Virus record (IMG/VR): IMGVR_UViG_3300042350_002745
Coordinates: 1 to 52,840 of that record
Direction: 5' to 3' (one strand)
Length of the DNA stretch: 52,840 nt
Origin: a virus
Taxonomy: Duplodnaviria; Caudoviricetes
In this document: piece after piece, positions 40,100 to 49,544 of the stretch
Layout of the letters: the number at the start of each line of letters is the position of its first letter
How positions within the stretch are numbered: the first letter of the stretch is position 1
The notes under the pieces: model-generated
Seen by the model: only the letters and a program-made list of their open reading frames with translations
Databases searched by the model: none
What the model was told of the DNA's origin: nothing
Program-made: the position numbers and the translations under genes

Positions 40100-41170
40100 T
40101 TATTCGTACCTTTTCTTACGGGTTACTGTCAGTTGGGACTCGATAGAGTCCCAACAAGCCTGCATTGCCGCGAACAACTCTTGTTCGCGGCCATCATCTT
40201 CGATCTTGCGAATCAATTCTTCGCGGTTGTAGGTCTTGTCGTACATGGTGGAAGCGATCCTGCCTGACGTAGCCGACCATGTTTTTTCTTTGATAAGGAA
40301 GTCGACCGCCGCGCCGGTCGCATCCACGCCGAAGTCGGGCACGATGGGGATGCTGACGGTTCGCTGTCTGCCGTTGATCCGATTTTTTTCGATCTTAAAC
40401 GTAGGGACGATCCCTATGATCCGTTTCTGACCGTTGACTTCCTTCGTCAGCTTCTCGCCGGGATAGGTCCAAATCTCGACCGATCCCCCAAACTTGATCG
40501 CGTGGCCGCCGCCTCGGACGTGCTTCGGCCCGTACAAGCCTGCTTTGAGGTTATCTCGCACTTGCGAGATACTCAATAGAATCGACCCTGAATCCTCAAT
40601 CATCGTAAGAATTCGAGGTAGTCGCTGGCTGTTGATCTTGGCTTTCCCGTCGCCGTAGCTTCCGTCGATGTCCTTGCCTTCGGCGCGATTTTTCGCGTCC
40701 TCGGCAATCTGTTTTTCCTTCTGCTCGCTGGACAGCGTGTCCAGCGAGTCGATGATCGCAACAAACTTCTGGCCTGCTTTGATCTTCGCTTCCAACCAGT
40801 CGTAAACGAACTCAAGCAGCATCGGCTTGCCGGGTTCAGAGCGAAGCACCTGAATCCGCTTCGCGGCTTTCGATCCGAAGAACTTCTCGAAGTCGAAGTG
40901 GTTGCCCACTTCGGCATCGATATGCCATAGCTCGTAGTCGTCGAACTCAGGGTTGTTGGCCGCCTCGGCCAACAACGTCAACGTCGCCAGCGTCTTGCCG
41001 CTGGACGAATCACCAACGTAGAACACGTAGGTTCCAGCCATGATCCCCTTCTGCCAATCGCCGGAGACGGCGAGGTTCAGCAGGGGGCATCCAAGCGAAA
41101 GGAACTTCTGTTCCTTTCGCTTGGGAGTGGCGGCGTCTTGTAGGACTTCGAGTGGCTTCTTCTTAGGCAT
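40100..41170 (-). CDS. RecA/UvsX-like recombinase
   Basis: GDSSSGKT, IDAE, IIDSL, ISQVR, GGHAIKF, KNR motifs. Confidence 0.9.
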   Translation of the reverse strand: MPKKKPLEVLQDAATPKRKEQKFLSLGCPLLNLAVSGDWQKGIMAGTYVFYVGDSSSGKTLATLTLLAEAANNPEFDDYELWHIDAEVGNHFDFEKFFGSKAAKRIQVLRSEPGKPMLLEFVYDWLEAKIKAGQKFVAIIDSLDTLSSEQKEKQIAEDAKNRAEGKDIDGSYGDGKAKINSQRLPRILTMIEDSGSILLSISQVRDNLKAGLYGPKHVRGGGHAIKFGGSVEIWTYPGEKLTKEVNGQKRIIGIVPTFKIEKNRINGRQRTVSIPIVPDFGVDATGAAVDFLIKEKTWSATSGRIASTMYDKTYNREELIRKIEDDGREQELFAAMQACWDSIESQLTVTRKKRYE

Positions 41171-41171
41171 T

Positions 41172-42050
41172 TTATTCTCCCTGTTCTTTAGGTTCTTCGG
41201 TGCTGCAAAATCCGTGGCATTCAAACGTCTCGACTTCGTAGCGGCCTTTCTTAGAGGAAATATCGGCAATTTCAGGATACGATGGGTGAGGTTTCAAAAA
41301 CAGTGGTTGTTTGACTTTGCCGACTGTGTGTGTCAGCACCGTTCGGGGTTCACCTGCTCTATCCGTAAAAGCATGTTCTAAGTCAGCCATGTAGTTAAAT
41401 TTTTTGGGGAAGATCACCTGTATTCGCTTCCAATAGCCGATACCTCCTTGAATACACCCCCCCTTCTCACCGTCGTCTGTTCCGAGGCAGTTGTTGTTCT
41501 TAAAATCTTGGTAGACCTTAGGAGGGGTTATACCTATGTGCGACAAAGCCTTAAACACGCCCTGCTTATCCAGATCGTTCTGGATAAGCGGATAGCTCGG
41601 GTTTTTTTCGGGGTAGTTCATGGTCATGTTTGTTGCCCTGAGTTTCTCTTTCGAGCTAGCATCAAACCCGAACACTTGCGACCAAACGTCAATTCCTTTC
41701 AGTCGTTTGTTTGCGGTGTCTCGTTTCAAATAAGACGAACAAGCCGCGCCGCCTGCATACGAGAATTTCCCGTAGCGTTGCCAAACATCCTCAGGCTCGT
41801 GAAATTTCTCTGACTGTAGTTGCTCTACTTGCACCCCAAGTCGACGTTCAAAATCAAACAAAAACCTGTAAGTATCCGGGTGTTCGATGTTTGTTTGCAT
41901 GTGTATAAACAAGCATCGAGAGCCGAAATGCTCGAAAGCAATAAAGCACGCAACGGCTGACGATGCTCCGCCAGACCAATTACAGACGACCAAGCCGTCA
42001 TCCGATTTTGTAATCGGATTGACGGGTATTTCTAGTTTGTATTTAGGCAT
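41172..42050 (-). CDS. PAPS-reductase-like adenine nucleotide alpha-hydrolase protein
   Basis: PP-loop WSGGASS, EHPDTYRF, CSSYLKR, NNCLG...GC. Confidence 0.7.
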   Translation of the reverse strand: MPKYKLEIPVNPITKSDDGLVVCNWSGGASSAVACFIAFEHFGSRCLFIHMQTNIEHPDTYRFLFDFERRLGVQVEQLQSEKFHEPEDVWQRYGKFSYAGGAACSSYLKRDTANKRLKGIDVWSQVFGFDASSKEKLRATNMTMNYPEKNPSYPLIQNDLDKQGVFKALSHIGITPPKVYQDFKNNNCLGTDDGEKGGCIQGGIGYWKRIQVIFPKKFNYMADLEHAFTDRAGEPRTVLTHTVGKVKQPLFLKPHPSYPEIADISSKKGRYEVETFECHGFCSTEEPKEQGE

Positions 42051-42579
42051 CGGTACGCTCCATAATGGTCTTGAGGCAATCGAGGACGTACTGTGTTTTG
42101 TCCTCCACCGCAATCGTACCGTTGTACGATTGCGGGTACAAGATTGCGTCACCGCCTTTCTCCCTAAAAAGCCGACAATTCTCGACATTATCGTCGATCA
42201 GGATCGCCCCTGGGCGAGCCAGTTCGTACTTGTCGTGCATGAAGATCGTTTGCCGAATCTCGATGTCCATTTCCCTCTTGAGCCATACGGCTCTGCCGTA
42301 TAGGCAATTGGGGTCTGGGAATGGTCGAGTGCAAACGTATGCCGAGTCTGCGAGATCGCAGACTTCGGCCCATAGCCTCTTGGCCCCTGGGATTCGAGTC
42401 ATCGAATCCCAGAACGAGACGAACGACATGGCGTCGTTGAGGTCTGCCTGAGTAATCCCATGTTCGGCAAACCCATCCCAAGCCTTCCAAGGCTTGAGGG
42501 GTTTGTCCGCCCAGTAGTGGATCTGTTTGACCCAATCCGCCAGCACGCCGTCGCAGTCTACGTAAATCGTTGTCGTCAT
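42043..42579 (-). CDS. HAD-family 5'(3')-deoxyribonucleotidase
   Basis: YVDCDGVLAD motif I; K...LIDDN motifs III/IV. Confidence 0.85.
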   Translation of the reverse strand: MTTTIYVDCDGVLADWVKQIHYWADKPLKPWKAWDGFAEHGITQADLNDAMSFVSFWDSMTRIPGAKRLWAEVCDLADSAYVCTRPFPDPNCLYGRAVWLKREMDIEIRQTIFMHDKYELARPGAILIDDNVENCRLFREKGGDAILYPQSYNGTIAVEDKTQYVLDCLKTIMERTDA

Positions 42580-42602
42580 CGTTTAGCCCTTGTAAAGACA
42601 TG

Positions 42603-42637
42603 AAAAAACCACCCACTGGTTGCAGCCGGTGGGTGGT
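42603..42637 (-). terminator. Intrinsic terminator
   Basis: Minus strand ACCACCCACCGG-ctgcaa-CCAGTGGGTGGT then TTTTT. Confidence 0.65.
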
Positions 42638-42799
42638 GTATTTGTCAGGCACACAGAAATGAGGTTGTTAAAATCCGCTGCCTGACCGGCTGTTAAGGTT
42701 TAATTGGCGGATAGATAGATTACACCAAGAAACCCAGGCACACACCGGTCGCCGTTGTTTTGCGGCTTCAAGTGGAGAGAGCCGCGAGGCAATCAACCT

Positions 42800-42925
42800 C
42801 TATTTTCCTTTGGTCATGCCACCCTTTTTCGGAGCAGCCGGAGGCTGCTTCGGGGGCTTGGTTCCCTTCGCCCCCTTCTTTTCCTTAGGGACAGTGGACT
42901 TGTACGTTCCTGACTTCGATGGCAT
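42800..42925 (-). CDS. 41-aa Lys-rich peptide absent from the ORF track
   Basis: AGGAG RBS then MPSKSGTYKSTVPKEKKGAKGTKPPKQPPAAPKKGGMTKGK-stop. Confidence 0.65.
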   Translation of the reverse strand: MPSKSGTYKSTVPKEKKGAKGTKPPKQPPAAPKKGGMTKGK

Positions 42926-43011
42926 GGTATTTCTCCTGTTGCCTAGTTGCTGAAAAACCAAAACTGTATTGTACTACAAACGTCGGGACTTGTTTACAAG
43001 TCCCGACAAAA

Positions 43012-43077
43012 GGATCAGGCGGGTTTGGTTACCCGCTTGGCGTGGGATACTCGATGTTCCAACCACGCCGCCGACCC
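43012..43077 (-). ncRNA. tRNA-like scaffold RNA, copy A (66 nt)
   Basis: GGGUCGG...CUGAUCC stem; GCGGG-UAACCAAA-CCCGC arm; GGCGUGG/CCACGCC inner stem; UUUU trailer. Confidence 0.6.
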
Positions 43078-43138
43078 TCGCAACTTCGCCGCCGTTGGCA
43101 GTAAGGCAGTTGCCGCCTGTGTCTAGCATCGCCAGAAA

Positions 43139-43348
43139 CTACGCTGGCTCTAGGTTGTCCTCGAAATACTTCTGCGCGACCAACCATTGATCGCCGTGGT
43201 TCTTTGGGTTTCGTGCAATCATGTCGCCTTCCTTGGGGCTACCTGCTGCCTTGTCCGTCTCGGATATGCTGACGCCCGAAACGTCCTCGCCCGCAACATA
43301 CGGGCGCATTTCCGACAACCCTTTACGTTTGTACTGCTTCCAACCCAT
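43139..43348 (-). CDS. Hypothetical phage protein (69 aa)
   Basis: MRPYVAGE...GDMIARNPKNHGDQWLVA; AAGG upstream. Confidence 0.7.
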   Translation of the reverse strand: MGWKQYKRKGLSEMRPYVAGEDVSGVSISETDKAAGSPKEGDMIARNPKNHGDQWLVAQKYFEDNLEPA

Positions 43349-43414
43349 AACTCAAGCCTTTCGTAAAAAACCATCAACTGAACTGCCTCGCACGTCTTTC
43401 GTGCGACTGGCAAA

Positions 43415-43525
43415 GGATCGGGCGGGATTCAAACCCGCCTCGGAGTCGCAATGCTCCGTCGTCGGCCAGTCCTCAGAACTCGATTCGCTGTTGCCTCACA
43501 CGTGTCGCCACCACGCCGCCGACCC
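43415..43525 (-). ncRNA. tRNA-like scaffold RNA, copy B (111 nt)
   Basis: GGGUCGG...CCGAUCC; CGUG-GUGGCGA-CACG; GCGGG-UUUGAAU-CCCGC; UUU trailer. Confidence 0.65.
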
Positions 43526-43702
43526 TCGCCTTCTCTCTGGCTGTCACGCACTGTCGCTACTATTTCCCCACAAACCATGCGTTATTGTTGGGTGAACACG
43601 ATGCCGTAGCTGGCAGCGGTTGCCTATCCTGCTAAGCAACCGAGTGGTCTTTTTTTCTCCCTTTCGGGGTAGGTCTGTCGACCAACCAGGAACCACTTCA
43701 AA

Positions 43703-43866
43703 GGGTCGGACAGGAATCGCACCTGCTGACCACACCCGCCTGGGCGTGTTCGCGACGAGCCCTGCCGCGAATCGGGCTTGTCCTTATTTACCGCTTGTGC
43801 CGTTGGTGTCCCGCTAAGGCCCTATCGAACACAGTAGTATCGTGTCACTGTCCACGACGCCGACCC
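43703..43866 (-). ncRNA. tRNA-like scaffold RNA, copy C (164 nt)
   Basis: GGGUCGG...CCGACCC; UCGUG-GACAGUGA-CACGA; GCAGG-UGCGAUU-CCUGU; UUU trailer. Confidence 0.65.
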
Positions 43867-43876
43867 TCAGGCCCGA

Positions 43877-45037
43877 TCACTGATCGGGCCATTCCGAATC
43901 CCACGCCTCGTCGGAACCAGAACCAGCGGAGGCTGGTGCTGGTTCTGGTGCGACTTCGGGCGTGGTCCCTGTCGCTTGAGCCTGCGGCTCTCGCGACAGA
44001 TCCTTCAAGTTGACCTTGTGAGGGTCATCGTTTCCGTCAAAGACGCTGATTACCCCGTTGACATTCTTGTGGATCGTGACTTTACCCAAGGTGACGTGGT
44101 AAGCCACGTCACCCTTGGCAGGCCAAGCAGCCACAGGAGCCGAGACGGCAGGGGCCGATACCGCAGGAGCCGGAGCAGCAGGAGGCAAGGTCGTCGTAAC
44201 GACCGGCCTTTGCACCTTAGGCTCAGGGGCAGTCGGCTTCGGAATATCCAAAGGTTTCGGCGTTGGCGGTGGTTGCACCACCGCCGAAACCGTAGCCACC
44301 ACTTCGGTGTCCTCGGACACCGAAGCGTCGTCCGCATCTTCGTCGTAAAACTTGGCTCGCAAAGTCTCTGCACTCTCAATAACCAGCAGGTTATCGAGTT
44401 GTAGGGCTTGGGCCAAGATCGCCTCGGGGACGCCGCCGTGTCGGTCGAAATCGAACGAGACGGCCTCATAGCATTTGTTACCTGGAAGCACCTTCTCAGC
44501 AAAGGTGACATAGATGAACGCCCCTTCGACAGGATCGGCGAAGTAGTCAATCCACTCGCGACCGGGGATCGCGACCTTGGCCGAGACGGTCGTGTTCAAC
44601 TGTTTCGAGAACAGGTGGTAGCTGTGATCGAACAGCACGACTTGATTCTGCTCAGGCAACCACACTGTGTACAGTGTGCGTTGCTTGGCATAATACTTCT
44701 TGGCCGTTTCCTTGGTCAACTCGCCCGATTCGATAGCAGCACTGATGCCTTCGCAGATCGGGCATTTGCCGCCCTTGGTCAACCTCGGGCAGATCGCGTA
44801 TCCCTTGTTGTCCGACCCGAGGTTGTTGTGGACGTAGTAGTCTCGGGCGTAGTGCAAATCGCCGTCCTTCGCCACCGGGTGCTTCGCACCCGCTGGCACA
44901 GTGTACGGCAAGATGACCATCTTGAACGTGCCTGCCTTGTCTACCTTGAGAGACTTGATGCCTTGCGGGATTCGGAGAGTCCTGCCAGCAGGGCCTTCTG
45001 CGGCCTTATCTCTGGTTTTTTTCGATGACAATGCCAT
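43877..45037 (-). CDS. Single-stranded DNA-binding protein (gp32-like) with Pro/Ala linker and acidic tail
   Basis: YYVH...ICP...KCPICE Zn motif; acidic aromatic C-terminus DEAWDSEWPDQ; replication context. Confidence 0.7.
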   Translation of the reverse strand: MALSSKKTRDKAAEGPAGRTLRIPQGIKSLKVDKAGTFKMVILPYTVPAGAKHPVAKDGDLHYARDYYVHNNLGSDNKGYAICPRLTKGGKCPICEGISAAIESGELTKETAKKYYAKQRTLYTVWLPEQNQVVLFDHSYHLFSKQLNTTVSAKVAIPGREWIDYFADPVEGAFIYVTFAEKVLPGNKCYEAVSFDFDRHGGVPEAILAQALQLDNLLVIESAETLRAKFYDEDADDASVSEDTEVVATVSAVVQPPPTPKPLDIPKPTAPEPKVQRPVVTTTLPPAAPAPAVSAPAVSAPVAAWPAKGDVAYHVTLGKVTIHKNVNGVISVFDGNDDPHKVNLKDLSREPQAQATGTTPEVAPEPAPASAGSGSDEAWDSEWPDQ

Positions 45038-45038
45038 G

Positions 45039-45458
45039 TTAGCTCTTAACTCCCTTCGGTTGGATTGGGGTCGATCCGAGGAATCCGGAGATCGACAGTT
45101 CGGTCAGGTACTTCAAGCTCGAACGCTTAGCGTCGAGCGCATCGCAAACGGCGCGAGTCTCCAACAACTTGGACTTAGCCGCGACTACTGCCGCCTGGGC
45201 TTCAATGTAGTCGGGCTGTATGAGGATCGTCGCTTTGATCGTGTCCTCAGTGGTTTTGGTGATCCCGTAGTTTACGGGGTTCTGCCTGATGTCGCTGCTC
45301 AACTTGGCTTCGACAAGTTTCAGGTGATTCTCAGCGACCAAGGACGCCGTGGCGTCCTCGGACGCTGCTCGGTTCCACAGGAGAATATCCTGTGGAACTG
45401 ATTCGAGGTCATCGGCAAGACGGTTACGATCCACCGACAAGTTTGTTTGCTCAGACAT
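45039..45458 (-). CDS. Helical protein, possibly UvsY-like recombination mediator
   Basis: 139 aa helical, TEDTIKATI...Y...LDAKRSSL pattern; adjacent to SSB. Confidence 0.45.
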   Translation of the reverse strand: MSEQTNLSVDRNRLADDLESVPQDILLWNRAASEDATASLVAENHLKLVEAKLSSDIRQNPVNYGITKTTEDTIKATILIQPDYIEAQAAVVAAKSKLLETRAVCDALDAKRSSLKYLTELSISGFLGSTPIQPKGVKS

Positions 45459-45502
45459 TTCTGCCTCCTAAGTGAAAGTTTCCATTCCGACTGTGCTAGG
45501 TT

Positions 45503-46405
45503 CTACGCCGAGGCTCGAACCAAAGCAAGAATAAATCCGGGTTTGCGAGAAGAAAAAAACTGATTTTCAAACTCGCCCATGATCTTGACCACGGTTGGGA
45601 CTGACTTTCCGTTCAGAAGCATCGCCGCACCGTAGGACATGATCGCACACCGAAGTCGCTCGATCTCCCCTTCGGGGAGATCTTTAACCGTGACTCCATG
45701 CTTAGGAAAGATAGACTTTCCAGCATAGAGGTCTTGGACCACCTTGAACACGTCAGGCTTGAGATCCTCAGGGTTGCTGAGGATCTCCGACCAACGCTCC
45801 TTCGGAGCGTTGGCAACCTGCTCCAGCAGCACCAAGGCGAGCCTTGGGCTGCCATTGGCCGCCTGCGAGATCGTCGTGGCGATGCACTCGATCCCCTCGG
45901 CGGTTGACACCTTGTTGACCAAGGTGTTCAAGTCGGCGATGCTGACATCGCCGAGCTTGAAGTGGGTCAGCCGATTCTGCAACGGCTTTTCCAGCTTCTC
46001 GGGGTTGGTCGTGCAAAGGATGAAGTAGATATGGCCGGGGGTATCCTCGGCCATCTTGAGCATAGCTCTCTGACCCTGGGATGTGATTTGGTGGGCCTCG
46101 TCGATGATGTAGATGCGTCGGCCTCCGGAGAGGCCACGCATCTGCAATCGGCCCTCGATCTCGCGGATAGCGTCAACTCCGTTGTCGCTAGCCGCATTCT
46201 TCTCGATGATGTCGACGCCTGATGCTCCGAGTTCCCTGGCGAGAATTCTCGCCAAGGTCGTCTTTCCGGTCCCACTGGGACCGGAAAACAAAAGAGCATG
46301 GGGCAATGCTTGCTTCGCAAGCATTGCTCGTAGTTGCGATACGACAGCAGACTGACCGACAACTTCGTCCAGCGATGCTGGACGGTACTTTTGGTAAAGG
46401 CCCAT
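45503..46405 (-). CDS. Clamp loader AAA+ subunit (DnaX gamma/tau-like)
   Basis: LYQKYRP, GPSGTGKT, IIDEAH, FILCTT, GSPR. Confidence 0.9.
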   Translation of the reverse strand: MGLYQKYRPASLDEVVGQSAVVSQLRAMLAKQALPHALLFSGPSGTGKTTLARILARELGASGVDIIEKNAASDNGVDAIREIEGRLQMRGLSGGRRIYIIDEAHQITSQGQRAMLKMAEDTPGHIYFILCTTNPEKLEKPLQNRLTHFKLGDVSIADLNTLVNKVSTAEGIECIATTISQAANGSPRLALVLLEQVANAPKERWSEILSNPEDLKPDVFKVVQDLYAGKSIFPKHGVTVKDLPEGEIERLRCAIMSYGAAMLLNGKSVPTVVKIMGEFENQFFSSRKPGFILALVRASA

Positions 46406-46986
46406 TACTTCAAAAATCCTTTCATAATCTCAGTGATTCGGCGTTGGAATTGGGGGAGTGATCCGTCGTTCAAGACGATGCGATCAACAGCAAATTGCTG
46501 TTGTTCGCTTCGGTGGCTTGGCAAGGTGGCAACTTCCTCGGAGACTCGACCTTGAATCTCCCAAATCTCGCCACCCTCGGACTTGATGAACTCCGCTTCC
46601 TCGGGGAAACGAACGTCACGGAAGGCATACCTGGGTAGGCCCCTGGCTCTCGTTCTTTGTTTGGCGATGTTGACCCAGCACCACGGGCCGAAGATGTCCC
46701 TGCCATTCTCCGTACCGATGGTACGGAGCATTTGCCGAACGGCGGGATACCGCCGTTTGGTCGTGTCCCATCCGTCCTTGTCAACGAGGGTTTGCAGGTA
46801 AACGCACCGGTGGTGGGCGATCAGCACCGGTGGGTTGAGTCGGTAGAGGCTTTCGTAGACGGGATCGGAGAATCCGATGATCCCGTATCCGAAGTGGAAG
46901 GCTAGCCAAGTGGCTGCGGTATCCTTACCGGAGCCAATTTCCCCCCGCAATCCAATAATTGGAGGTAATTTGTCTAGTTGAGTCAT
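46405..46986 (-). CDS. Deoxynucleoside monophosphate kinase
   Basis: IGLRGEIGSGKDT, RQMLRTIGTE, DVRFPEE, HRSE. Confidence 0.88.
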   Translation of the reverse strand: MTQLDKLPPIIGLRGEIGSGKDTAATWLAFHFGYGIIGFSDPVYESLYRLNPPVLIAHHRCVYLQTLVDKDGWDTTKRRYPAVRQMLRTIGTENGRDIFGPWCWVNIAKQRTRARGLPRYAFRDVRFPEEAEFIKSEGGEIWEIQGRVSEEVATLPSHRSEQQQFAVDRIVLNDGSLPQFQRRITEIMKGFLK

Positions 46987-47939
46987 TTTAAGTCTCCTAG
47001 TCGCTTTTTAGTGATTTCGCAGTATTCTGGGTTCAATTCACACAGGACAGCATTTCTGCCATGCTTCATAGCTACTTCGGCGGTCGTTCCTGACCCGCCG
47101 AAGGGATCAAGGACAATACTCCCGGGTGACGATCCGGCCAGTACGCACACTTCGGCCAATGCTGGGGTCATTGTAGCGAAGTGTGCTTCCTTATACGGTC
47201 TGGTTGGAATAGACCAAACCGAACGGCGGTTGCGTGTATCATACTGTTTGGCTTCCATTGTAGTCATGCCTTCTGCGGATATGTTTCTGGATTTTCCGCG
47301 ATTCTGTCCTGCACAGACCGCAGGCTCTTGCATCGCATCAAAATCGTAGAAATACCGTTGATTCTTGCTCAGCAGGAAAACGTACTCATGCGCCTTGGTG
47401 CAGCGATCCGTGACGCTCTCAGGCATCGGGTTTGGCTTGTGCCAAATGATGTCCTGCCTGAGATACCAGCCGTCCGCTTGCAATGCGAACGCAACGCGCC
47501 AGGGTATGCCGATTAAATCTTTCTCTTTTAACCCATCAATCCGTCGTCCGCGCTTTGACGCAGATGGGTCAGATGGGAGTCCACGCTTCTTGTCATCTGT
47601 CCGCGCTCCTCCGAATGCATGGGCGCGATTGTCGTCAAATCTACCGGGCCGATAGTTGTAATAACTATCGCCAAGGTTGAGCCACAGCGTCCCATCGTCC
47701 CGCAGCACCCTTCGGACCTCGCGGAACACCGCAACCAGCTTCGCCACAAACTCGTCAGGCGTAGGCTCAAGCCCAATCTGACCGTCGACCCCGTAATCCC
47801 GCAGCCCAAAATACGGCGGCGACGTTACGCAACATTGTATTTTCCCATTGGGGATTTTAGATAATCCGTCCATAACATCCCCTTGATACAGGCGATATTT
47901 GCCTAGCCTGCCTTGTGGTAGGTTTTCTTGCTCGCCCAT
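46983..47939 (-). CDS. DNA amino-methyltransferase (beta class; N4-C or N6-A)
   Basis: VTSPPY catalytic motif before VLDPFGGSGT SAM-binding motif. Confidence 0.92.
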   Translation of the reverse strand: MGEQENLPQGRLGKYRLYQGDVMDGLSKIPNGKIQCCVTSPPYFGLRDYGVDGQIGLEPTPDEFVAKLVAVFREVRRVLRDDGTLWLNLGDSYYNYRPGRFDDNRAHAFGGARTDDKKRGLPSDPSASKRGRRIDGLKEKDLIGIPWRVAFALQADGWYLRQDIIWHKPNPMPESVTDRCTKAHEYVFLLSKNQRYFYDFDAMQEPAVCAGQNRGKSRNISAEGMTTMEAKQYDTRNRRSVWSIPTRPYKEAHFATMTPALAEVCVLAGSSPGSIVLDPFGGSGTTAEVAMKHGRNAVLCELNPEYCEITKKRLGDLK

Positions 47940-49267
47940 GAATCTTCTCCTACTTCTACTTCGGTTTTGAGGTCAACGATAATCCAAGGCCACTGTGTTC
48001 GTATCCACTTTGTCATTACCTCGTTTGCCATCTCGATGTAATCGTCGAGTTCCTCTCGGGGAACCTCGGCGATCAGCGAGTCGTGGATCTGGCAGAACAG
48101 GCGGCTACGCATCTTCCTTTGGAAGATGCGTTTTGTCAACTCTATGATGCTTTTTAGCAGACAGTGAAAGGCTGCGCCTTGCACTGGACTGTTGATAACT
48201 TCGTTACGCTTGAAGATCCCCCAGACGCGAAACCCGGTGAGCGTGTGGAAGTGGCCGTTGCGTAGGTACTCTTGGAACCAGTCAGTTCGCCATTGCTTGT
48301 AAACTGAAAACCGCTTGTTCCAGAAATGGTTGAACATGCTGTCGATATGCAACATGAACGAGTCGGAGGTCATAGCCTTTTCGTGGCCGAGGGTCTTGAT
48401 GCCCCTCTCCGATAGGTGTTGCAAAAGCGGCTTGCCGCTTTGCATCGTATGGGATTCGGCGAATCGCCAAAGGTTTTTGGCGATGCTGCCGGGGGCATCC
48501 CCATAGAACGCAGCGAACGTCCAAAATCCCTTAATTGCTTGGCGAATCGGCTTCTCTACGGCATCGAGCTTGAAGCATTCAAGCGTCGACTCCTTGTGGA
48601 GATCGTCGCCAGATTGAAGGATGTCAAGCATCGTCGGATCTCGGTGGTAGCAAGCAGCTACGAACACTTCCAACTGAGCGTAGTCGATCTCCACGATCAC
48701 GTTGTTCGGGTCGCTCGGCTTGATGATCCCCCGCAGAGTCTTACCAACGTCAGGGTCGCGGATTGGTAGATTTTGCAAGTTCGGAGAATCCGAACTTGAC
48801 CGATACGTGGTGACCGTATGTAGATTGAAAAAGGCGTGAACTCTGCCTTTGCAGAGTTCTCGCTTGAATGGCATCAAGTACGTCCCCTTGAGTTTCGCTA
48901 GTTTCTGCGTTCGCTGAAACAGCTTCGCATAGGGAGTATTGATTTCTTGTAGGGCTTCGTCATCCAGAGACAGTTTACCTGTCTCTGGATTCATAAGACC
49001 GCCTGGAAAACCCATGACAATGTAGAGGATGTGGGCTAGTTGCTCTCGGGAGCCGATTTTGGTCTTGGCTCCGAACCGCTTTCGCTGTTCCTCGTACTCA
49101 GTCATTGACCGCAATTCCGCTTCCATCTCCTTGATGCGATTGCCGACATCGGCAATCGCAGCGTCGAGTCGTTCTTCGCATACGGGCATCCCTACGCTTT
49201 CCATTCTGGAAAGCGCGAGGGAGCCTTCGTGCATCAAGGCGTAGGCTTGGGGACTTGCGGGTTTCAT
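47903..49267 (-). CDS. DNA polymerase A, polymerase domain only
   Basis: SSDSPNLQNLP, motif A EIDYAQLE, motif B RQAIK...FAAFYG, NSPVQG, motif C QIHDSL. Confidence 0.92.
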   Translation of the reverse strand: MKPASPQAYALMHEGSLALSRMESVGMPVCEERLDAAIADVGNRIKEMEAELRSMTEYEEQRKRFGAKTKIGSREQLAHILYIVMGFPGGLMNPETGKLSLDDEALQEINTPYAKLFQRTQKLAKLKGTYLMPFKRELCKGRVHAFFNLHTVTTYRSSSDSPNLQNLPIRDPDVGKTLRGIIKPSDPNNVIVEIDYAQLEVFVAACYHRDPTMLDILQSGDDLHKESTLECFKLDAVEKPIRQAIKGFWTFAAFYGDAPGSIAKNLWRFAESHTMQSGKPLLQHLSERGIKTLGHEKAMTSDSFMLHIDSMFNHFWNKRFSVYKQWRTDWFQEYLRNGHFHTLTGFRVWGIFKRNEVINSPVQGAAFHCLLKSIIELTKRIFQRKMRSRLFCQIHDSLIAEVPREELDDYIEMANEVMTKWIRTQWPWIIVDLKTEVEVGEDSWASKKTYHKAG

Positions 49268-49509
49268 TAGCGACGACGCCCCAGTCGGTCGTAGACAACG
49301 ACCTTGCCAGCGGTCTTGACGACCTTGGCAACGGGTCGGCCAACTCGGTCGTAGACTTGCGAGCAAGTCCCACCGACGCACGTTGCGACCCTCGCTACGG
49401 GACGGCCCAAACGGTCAACGACCGTTTGGGTGTCGCCTGCCATCGCAGCACACCCTGAACACAATGCGGCGACGATCATCACCGCAAAAATTGTTGGTTT
49501 CCGCATCAT
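49267..49509 (-). CDS. Exported/lipoprotein-like peptide (80 aa) with three DR(L/V)GR repeats
   Basis: Signal peptide with LCSGC; VVDRLGRPVA, VYDRVGRPVA, VYDRLGRRR; stop overlaps the polymerase start. Confidence 0.65.
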   Translation of the reverse strand: MMRKPTIFAVMIVAALCSGCAAMAGDTQTVVDRLGRPVARVATCVGGTCSQVYDRVGRPVAKVVKTAGKVVVYDRLGRRR

Positions 49510-49544
49510 CGGAATACCCTCTTTCTATTTTTAACCCAGAAACA

